From Candidatus Multivoradales bacterium (GTDB lineage: Bacteria; Acidobacteriota; Thermoanaerobaculia; Multivoradales; JAHEKO01): 64,000 bases of DNA. Position 1 is the first letter of the stretch. Each line of letters begins with the position of its first letter. The translations under genes were made by a program, and so were the position numbers. Below, piece after piece: positions 58,286-64,000 of the stretch. A model generated the notes under the pieces. It had not been told where the DNA came from. It saw only the letters and a list, made by a program, of their open reading frames with translations, and did not search any database. The stretch lies in assembly GCA_965248055.1 (NCBI GenBank), contig CBDFIJ010000004.1, positions 2,112,001-2,176,000 on the forward strand, given 5' to 3'.

Positions 58286-59031
58286 ATACGGTGACAGGAT
58301 ACTTACTATTGCAAGGTGGTGACGGCAGATTTCGTTCCTTTGGTAGATGGCTCGTATCCCTCGTATTGTCATTCCACGGATTCCGCATCATGTGACCCAG
58401 CGTGGCGCGCGAAAGATGCGGGTATTTTTCTCTCCCGCTGACTACCAAACCTACAGACACATCCTGAGCCGGCAGGCGAACCGACACGCACTTGATATTT
58501 GGGCCTACTGTCTGATGCCCAATCATGTGCACATCATTGCTACGCCAGCGACCAAACAAGGCTTGGCGCGACCCTTTGGGGAAGCGTCATCGACGCTACG
58601 CTTTGGTCACCAACCGACGCCAAGGGTGGCGTGGCCATTTGTGGCAGGAGCGGTTCGCTTCGTGTCCGATGGACGAAGCTCACTTGGCAGCCGCAATTCG
58701 CTATGTCTTGCTCAACCCCGTGCGAGCTGGATTGGTGGGCGCGGCCACTGATTGGCCTCATTCAAGTGCCAGGGCACATATCTGGGGAGAGTCGGATTCC
58801 TTGGTCAACCCTCTTCCCGTGGCAAGACGGATTTTCGACTGGAGTGAATATTTGAGAGTTGATAATGACGATCCCACAACGGAGCTGATCAGACGTCACT
58901 CGCGAATCGGTCATCCGCTCGGCGATCCCAGGCGGTGACAGGATACGTGTCACGTCGTCTCTCCAAGAGGGATTCAGGCAGAGCGGTCGCTAACGAGGCG
59001 GAAGATTACGATGAGTATCCTGTCCCCGTAT
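58286..59031 (+). mobile_element. Inverted-repeat-flanked Y1 (RAYT-like) transposase element
   Basis: 18-bp inverted repeats ATACGGTGACAGGATACT (58286-58303) / AGTATCCTGTCCCCGTAT (59014-59031). Confidence 0.8.
58347..58938 (+). pseudogene. RAYT-like HUH Y1 transposase, frameshifted
   Basis: PHHVTQRG, AYCLMPNHVH (HUH), extra base near 58587, then GHLWQERF, RYVLLNPVRAGLV, WPHSSA. Confidence 0.9.
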
Positions 59032-59079
59032 TTTCGTGCCGCTATACTTCAAGGCCGCAGTCGTGGGTGGAAATTAAAC

Positions 59080-60144
59080 ATGACTATTCTTCCCGGATTG
59101 ATCCTCGCCTTGGTGTTAGCGATCGCTGGCCAATTCCTGTCTGAACTCATCGGTGTCACCTGGATGGGGCTTGCCAAGAGCCCAATCAGTCCAATCATGC
59201 TGGCGATTTTGCTAGGAATCTTGGTACGAAATACCGTACCTCTGCCAACGGTCTTTCAGGCGGGCATTCGCTTCGGGTTGAAGCGGGTACTGAGGCTGGG
59301 AATTGTACTTCTTGGGATTCGCCTCAGTTTGGGTGAAATTGGAGCGGTCGGACTGAAGAGCTTGCCAGTTATATTTGGCTCGGTAGCAGCGGCTCTGATC
59401 ATGGTCACCTATTTCAGTCGCAAGCTCGGTTTGAGTGATCGCCTTGGAACCCTGATTGCGGTTGGAACCAGTGTTTGTGGCGCTACTGCGATTGTGGCTA
59501 CCGCTCCCGCAATCGGTGCGCAGGACGACGAGGTTAGTTATTCCGTCGCCTGTGTAACTTTGTTCGGCATTCTCGCGATGTTGGTTTATCCCTTTGCCGC
59601 ACACGGGATTTTTTCGACCAACCCTTTTGCAATCGGCCTTTTTCTCGGCACCGCGGTTCACGAAACAGCACAAGTTGCCGGTGCTGGCTTGGTCTATCAG
59701 CAGTTCTACAACGACCCTCAAGTGCTAGATGTAGCCACTGTGGCCAAGCTGGTCCGTAACCTCGGAATGATCATCATCATTCCCTTGATGAGTATCGTCT
59801 ACCACAGGAACACCAGTGAATCCGACCATGCCCCGAAGTGGTGGTCGATGATTCCGTTGTTTGTTGTTGGCTTCGCGGCGATGAGTTTGATTCGAACGAT
59901 TGGCGATCAGGGTGACTTGGGTGATCGGGCGTTCGGCGTGTTCCAGCCGGAGCATTGGCAGTTGATCATTGAGTACATCAAGAAAACGGCCGAGATTTGC
60001 CTCGCAGTCGCCATGGCAGCGGTCGGGCTAGGCACCAGTGTCAAGGCGTTACGAAGCCTTGGAGCTCGACCTTTTGCGGTCGGATTGTTTTCTGCGTTGC
60101 TTGTCGGCGGTGTAAGCGCCTCGTTGATCACGCTCTTGTGGTGA
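59080..60144 (+). CDS. YeiH / putative sulfate exporter family membrane protein
   Basis: LRLGIVLLGIRL, GTSVCGATAIVA, GTAVHETAQV, KLVRN, AMAAVGLGT. Confidence 0.92.
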   Translation: MTILPGLILALVLAIAGQFLSELIGVTWMGLAKSPISPIMLAILLGILVRNTVPLPTVFQAGIRFGLKRVLRLGIVLLGIRLSLGEIGAVGLKSLPVIFGSVAAALIMVTYFSRKLGLSDRLGTLIAVGTSVCGATAIVATAPAIGAQDDEVSYSVACVTLFGILAMLVYPFAAHGIFSTNPFAIGLFLGTAVHETAQVAGAGLVYQQFYNDPQVLDVATVAKLVRNLGMIIIIPLMSIVYHRNTSESDHAPKWWSMIPLFVVGFAAMSLIRTIGDQGDLGDRAFGVFQPEHWQLIIEYIKKTAEICLAVAMAAVGLGTSVKALRSLGARPFAVGLFSALLVGGVSASLITLLW

Positions 60145-60155
60145 AAACAACAGAT

Positions 60156-60959
60156 CTAGTTATCCATTAGACGACCCGCGAGTTCCTTGACCAACTTAGC
60201 CGCCAAGACTGCGGTGATTCCTCCAATATCCAGTCGTGGATTGAGTTCCACGACGTCGGCACCCACCAACTCGGGTATCTGCCAAATGATGTTCAGAACT
60301 TCACGGGTGGTGAGGCCGCCAGCTTCGGGATGTGAGACCCCGGGGGCATAGGCGGGATCAAGGCCGTCGAGGTCGATGGAGAGGTAAACCGGTGTCTCAA
60401 GGTTGAGGCTCTCCAGATCAATCCAGCTCGCTCTGGGCACGATCTCGACGCCAAAACGCTGGGCTTGCTGACGCTGATGTTGATTGGCGGTGCGGATGCC
60501 GATTTGCACCAAGCGCTTCACGCGACCGGTTTCCATCACTCGTGCGAAGGGGCAAGCGTGCGAGTAGCGATCTCCTTCAAACGAATCGTAGAGATCCGGA
60601 TGGGCATCGATCTGGACCACGGTCAAGTGCTCGTGTTTCTGGCTGTGAGCGCTCAAAATCGGGAACGCGACGCTGTGGTCACCGCCGAGGCAGATCGTCT
60701 TGTCGTTGTCTCGGATTTGGTTCGCCACCGCCTGCTCGATTTCCGATCGGGTCTTCTCGCCCCCGGTTAGCGTTATATCTCCAAGGTCTTCGAAACGCTC
60801 CTCGGTCGCCAAATCGTATCCAGACTCAGTGTTTTGGCTCGAAGCCTCGGAGTACAACGCGGCACGGATCGCAGCCGGACCCGCGGCAGCTCCGTGCGCA
60901 TAGCTCGACGCTTGATCTGTCGGCAGGCCCAGAAGACGAACTGAATGGGTAGTTGGCAC
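60156..60959 (-). CDS. speB: Agmatinase / arginase-family ureohydrolase
   Basis: LGGDHS, IDAHPDL, SHACPF, SIDLDGLDPAYAPGVSHPEAGG, DVVELNP. Confidence 0.9.
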   Translation of the reverse strand: MPTTHSVRLLGLPTDQASSYAHGAAAGPAAIRAALYSEASSQNTESGYDLATEERFEDLGDITLTGGEKTRSEIEQAVANQIRDNDKTICLGGDHSVAFPILSAHSQKHEHLTVVQIDAHPDLYDSFEGDRYSHACPFARVMETGRVKRLVQIGIRTANQHQRQQAQRFGVEIVPRASWIDLESLNLETPVYLSIDLDGLDPAYAPGVSHPEAGGLTTREVLNIIWQIPELVGADVVELNPRLDIGGITAVLAAKLVKELAGRLMDN

Positions 60960-61093
60960 CTATGATTCCTCAGGATAACGACCTGCCGGAGACTAACAGC
61001 CGTGAGCCTCCCGATTTGAGCCACGAGCCACCGAGTTACGACCGAGTGTGTGAACAACAACGACCGGTCAAGAACGGCGAGTCTGCCGGCTAG

Positions 61094-62422
61094 CTATGGC
61101 TCGCTGACACAGCTGACATCAACGTCGTCTATGCAACCGCTATCGAAAAACTCGGCGACGATCGATGCGTAGCAACTGGTCCAGGTGGGAAAGTGGCCGA
61201 CGCCAGGGGCCACTAGGTGGAGACTATTGGGCAAGCTCTCAGAGATTTTCTCGGCGATGTTGGCGGGGGTAGCTGGGTCATGATCGCCTGACATCAGAAG
61301 GGTAGGAGCCTGGGAAGTGACGGGGTGCCTGAATGCGGTGGCGACCGGCTGCACGGACCAGGTTTGGCAGGCAGCGACGGCGTTGTCGCGAAGCAGGGAT
61401 GTGGCAAACGGGCTTTCGTTGGCGTCCAGACTCCAGAACGGAACGTCTTCAGCACAGACTACGCCTAACAACACCGGGATACTGAATCGGTTGATGATTC
61501 GCTCCACCCCGTTGACCACCTGAGTGAGTGGGCCGAGTTCGCCCGCGGTGGTCGCGGTTACGATCGCCGGGAGTGACTGTGCTGTGCGCGGATCGTAGAG
61601 AAGAAAGCGGACGATACCGTCGAGTGCGACCCGGTCCACCGTAACTTCGTCGGATCCGACGCGGACCGTGACCGGCTCCGTCTCGAGTTGTTCGGCTAGC
61701 TCGGCATAGGTTTCAGACAGTCCTGGATTCAGCTCGGTAAGCACGGCGAACTCCTTCGCCGCGCCGTTCAAGAGCTGAGTCGTAATGACCTCGGCAGGAG
61801 ACGACACACCGCGGAGCACCGATGCACGCAGGTGATCAGGATAGAGACGAGCGTACTCCAGTGCCAAACGGGTTCCGTACGATGCGCCCATCAAGTTGAT
61901 CTTCTCGGCACCGATCGCTTGTCTGACGCGATCGATGTCGTGTGCGAAGACGGTAGTGCGGAGACTCTCGCGACCGTTGATTTCCTGTGCGCAGCGCTCC
62001 AAGGTCTCTGACATGCGGAACGCGAGCAGCAGGTCTCGTTTCTCAGCGGCAGAGAGCGAGCAATGGAAGTCTCCGGACTCCCCTGTGCCGCGCAGATCAA
62101 ACAGCACGATTTCGTGCGTTTCTTGAAGGTACATCATGCTGTCGCTGAAGAAGCTCGTGGTTTCGGTTGCCGCAGTACCCGGTCCGCCGACCAGATAGAA
62201 AACTGGATCGAGCGGCGCCTTATCCCCACGAGCAGGGAGGATGATTACTTTGAGGTCGAGGCTGTCTAGCTCCGGCGCGTCGTAGTTCAGTGGCACGGTA
62301 ACGGTTCCGCACCGCGCACCGTATGGAAGATCCTGTCGATCACATGGTTCGAGTGCTGTCGCATTGGCGACCTCAGCAAGTGAGGCGAAGGTGACTAAAG
62401 TCAGTATTGTGAGTCTTTTCAT
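61094..62422 (-). CDS. Exported alpha/beta hydrolase (TAP-like, peptidase S33)
   Basis: GGPG, FDLRGTG, nucleophile GASYG, DPATP, GVGH. Confidence 0.92.
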   Translation of the reverse strand: MKRLTILTLVTFASLAEVANATALEPCDRQDLPYGARCGTVTVPLNYDAPELDSLDLKVIILPARGDKAPLDPVFYLVGGPGTAATETTSFFSDSMMYLQETHEIVLFDLRGTGESGDFHCSLSAAEKRDLLLAFRMSETLERCAQEINGRESLRTTVFAHDIDRVRQAIGAEKINLMGASYGTRLALEYARLYPDHLRASVLRGVSSPAEVITTQLLNGAAKEFAVLTELNPGLSETYAELAEQLETEPVTVRVGSDEVTVDRVALDGIVRFLLYDPRTAQSLPAIVTATTAGELGPLTQVVNGVERIINRFSIPVLLGVVCAEDVPFWSLDANESPFATSLLRDNAVAACQTWSVQPVATAFRHPVTSQAPTLLMSGDHDPATPANIAEKISESLPNSLHLVAPGVGHFPTWTSCYASIVAEFFDSGCIDDVDVSCVSEP

Positions 62423-63069
62423 GCTTGTTCCTTGTTGGCAGAGGTCGGTCCCTGAGTTGATTTAGGTAGCGCTGCGGTACGCGCCTTGAGGAAAGCGACG
62501 ACCGCGTCCACCACGCCTTCGGTCAGGGCCGCAGAGTCTGCGTCTTTTTTTGGCCAAAACTCCCTTTTGAAGTGAAGCTCTCGCAACGGCATAACCAGCA
62601 ATAGGGCTGCGGTTTCGAGGTCGTGGCGGGGCAGCGGGTAGGCTCTTCCAAGCGTATCGATAGTGAAATCGAGCACAGCTACACGGATCTCTTCGGCCTT
62701 GGCGGCGAGCGATGAGTCCGTCGAAACCGCGCTCTCGAGTAGTCGGAACCGCCCTGCATGCGACCGATACGCCTTCACGAATGCGGAAGCGAGGTGACTC
62801 ACGAGTTGGTCGTTGGAGTCGAAGGTAGCGAGGCGCCCTCTCGACTCGTCGATCATGGTTTCGTATCGATGCATCAGTGCATGGAGCAATGCGCCCTTCG
62901 ATGGAAAGCGCGCGTAGAAAGCGCCGATCGTGTATCCGGCTCGGGAGGCGATTTCCTGCACCGAGATTTGGTCGTAGGTCTTCTCAATACCGAGCGCCTC
63001 GGCGGCGTCGATCAATGCTTCATGAGTCTGGCGACTTCGTTCCTGTCGAGGGGTTCGTGCGAGCTCCAT
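62419..63069 (-). CDS. TetR/AcrR-family transcriptional regulator
   Basis: PRQERSRQT...ISVQEIASRAGYTIGAFYARFPSKGALL. Confidence 0.93.
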   Translation of the reverse strand: MELARTPRQERSRQTHEALIDAAEALGIEKTYDQISVQEIASRAGYTIGAFYARFPSKGALLHALMHRYETMIDESRGRLATFDSNDQLVSHLASAFVKAYRSHAGRFRLLESAVSTDSSLAAKAEEIRVAVLDFTIDTLGRAYPLPRHDLETAALLLVMPLRELHFKREFWPKKDADSAALTEGVVDAVVAFLKARTAALPKSTQGPTSANKEQA

Positions 63070-63075
63070 ATAAAA

Positions 63076-63104
63076 AGAATAGTGGATACTATTAATGTTG
63101 TCAA
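63076..63104 (-). promoter_or_regulatory. Promoter TTGACA-17-TATTCT with internal palindromic operator, probably giving a leaderless tetR mRNA
   Basis: -35 at 63104-63099, -10 at 63081-63076, ATG at 63069; palindrome AATAGT-GGAT-ACTATT at 63078-63093. Confidence 0.75.
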
Positions 63105-63434
63105 CATACAAATCCCTCCGCGACCGGAGAAGCCGAATTCTCAAATCTCAAAGAGGATGACTCGTCTCTTCCTTGACTAGATCTTCCATGAGTTCAGTCG
63201 TGATCTCACTAATCTTGGCTCTCCTTTCTTGCGTAAGGAGATGGTTGTGTACTAGGAAATGTAAATTGGCGAGAAAACCAAGCGAGAAGATCAAGCGACA
63301 GAATCGAACTGGAGTCTTTTGATGACAGTAAGATTGTTGTTTCTGTCCGAAAGACCTTCAGAATGAATAGCCGATGACTAGGTAGGCAATAATGATGAGT
63401 AACCTGTGATTGCCGATGCAAACTTGACGACGAC

Positions 63435-63650
63435 ATGAATTTTGCGCCCGAAACGATCGTAGGGCCATAAAAAATCTTGGACAGCTTGGTGCCGGTGGCA
63501 TGAGTGTGGTTTACACCGCACGACACGCGGTTAGGTCGAGATATTGCTCTCGAGTTTCTGACTAGGGATCTCGCCAGCGACTCAACCGCAAAGGCAAGAT
63601 TCGAGCGCGAGGCGCGGGCGGTGGCATCCTTGTCCCACCCCAACATCCTG
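63435..63650 (+). pseudogene. Ser/Thr protein kinase N-lobe remnant
   Basis: LGAGGMSVVY, DTRLGRDIAL and RFEREARAVASLSHPNI across a stop codon and frameshifts. Confidence 0.85.
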
Positions 63651-63672
63651 TATGGCCTGCTAGGCTATTGGC

Positions 63673-63879
63673 ATGACCTCAAGTCGAGAGACCGTGCTGA
63701 CTGATCTAGAGAAAGACATTCCCACGACCGAGGGGGACGTGGAAGTTCTGCGACGCCTTCGTAGCGAAAAGGCGAAGGCTCCGTTTGACGAGCAGCAAAA
63801 GCTGGTCGATCAACTTCCTCCTGCCGCTCGCAAACAGAGCCGATCCACCTCGGAAGGCTGGGTCGAATTCACGCTCTAG
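63673..63879 (+). CDS. Small hypothetical protein
   Basis: 68-aa ORF with plausible composition; no domain recognised. Confidence 0.45.
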   Translation: MTSSRETVLTDLEKDIPTTEGDVEVLRRLRSEKAKAPFDEQQKLVDQLPPAARKQSRSTSEGWVEFTL

Positions 63880-63886
63880 GCGCGCG

Positions 63887-64000
63887 CTACCCCCGAGCCG
63901 CTTCCAAAGTTGCCATCAACCGTTCGATATCCGATTCATCGGTCCGGTAGTTGGTGATCGTCGCCCGTAACACCGGTACTTGACCTCCCAGCTTGGTGGT
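63887..64000 (-). CDS. C-terminus of a PLP-dependent (group II) decarboxylase-like protein (partial)
   Basis: TTKLGGQVPVLRATITNYRTDESDIERLMATLEAARG-stop. Confidence 0.7.
   Translation of the reverse strand, partial: TTKLGGQVPVLRATITNYRTDESDIERLMATLEAARG

Noticed and set aside
58560-58600. Programmed frameshift in the Y1 transposase
   Set aside because: No convincing slippery heptamer; a single extra base explains it. Sequencing error cannot be excluded, but core genes in the window are intact, which favours real decay

Overview
High-GC (about 60%) bacterial chromosome segment. The host is probably an Acidobacteriota (Thermoanaerobaculia-like) organism, inferred from the acidobacterial-type VWA protein, TonB-C/TPR proteins and the amidase-GerMN-murI-rph cluster. 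Core content: a cobalamin riboswitch-btuBFDC operon, a complete H+-type F1Fo operon (atpZ I B E F H A G D C) interrupted by an IS481-family element and by palindromic repeat arrays, ftcd, mpl, amidase-GerMN-murI-rph, tRNA-Glu(CTC), a YeiH-type transporter, agmatinase and a TetR-hydrolase pair. There are three accessory stretches. (1) 11.1-14.7 kb: a resolvase relic and an unannotated secreted 55-aa peptide paired with a beta-propeller-like protein. (2) 26.8-36.5 kb: an AAA+/DUF4143 gene, a TAXI-binding-domain/ion-channel/double-RCK fusion, IS256 and a broken VapBC45-like module. (3) 53.3-59.0 kb after the tRNA: a two-gene orphan pair, a HEPN-like protein, HigBA, an IS30 relic and a TIR-flanked Y1 transposase. 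The most striking signal is three families of REP-like palindromes. One family brackets a small GIY-YIG nuclease gene in inverted orientation, REP termini are tandemly amplified with breakpoints inside the hairpins, and pieces of resident genes (atpC, rph, a thioredoxin) are repeatedly duplicated around cargo DNA. All calls come from reading the sequence and ORF track by eye; no searches were run.
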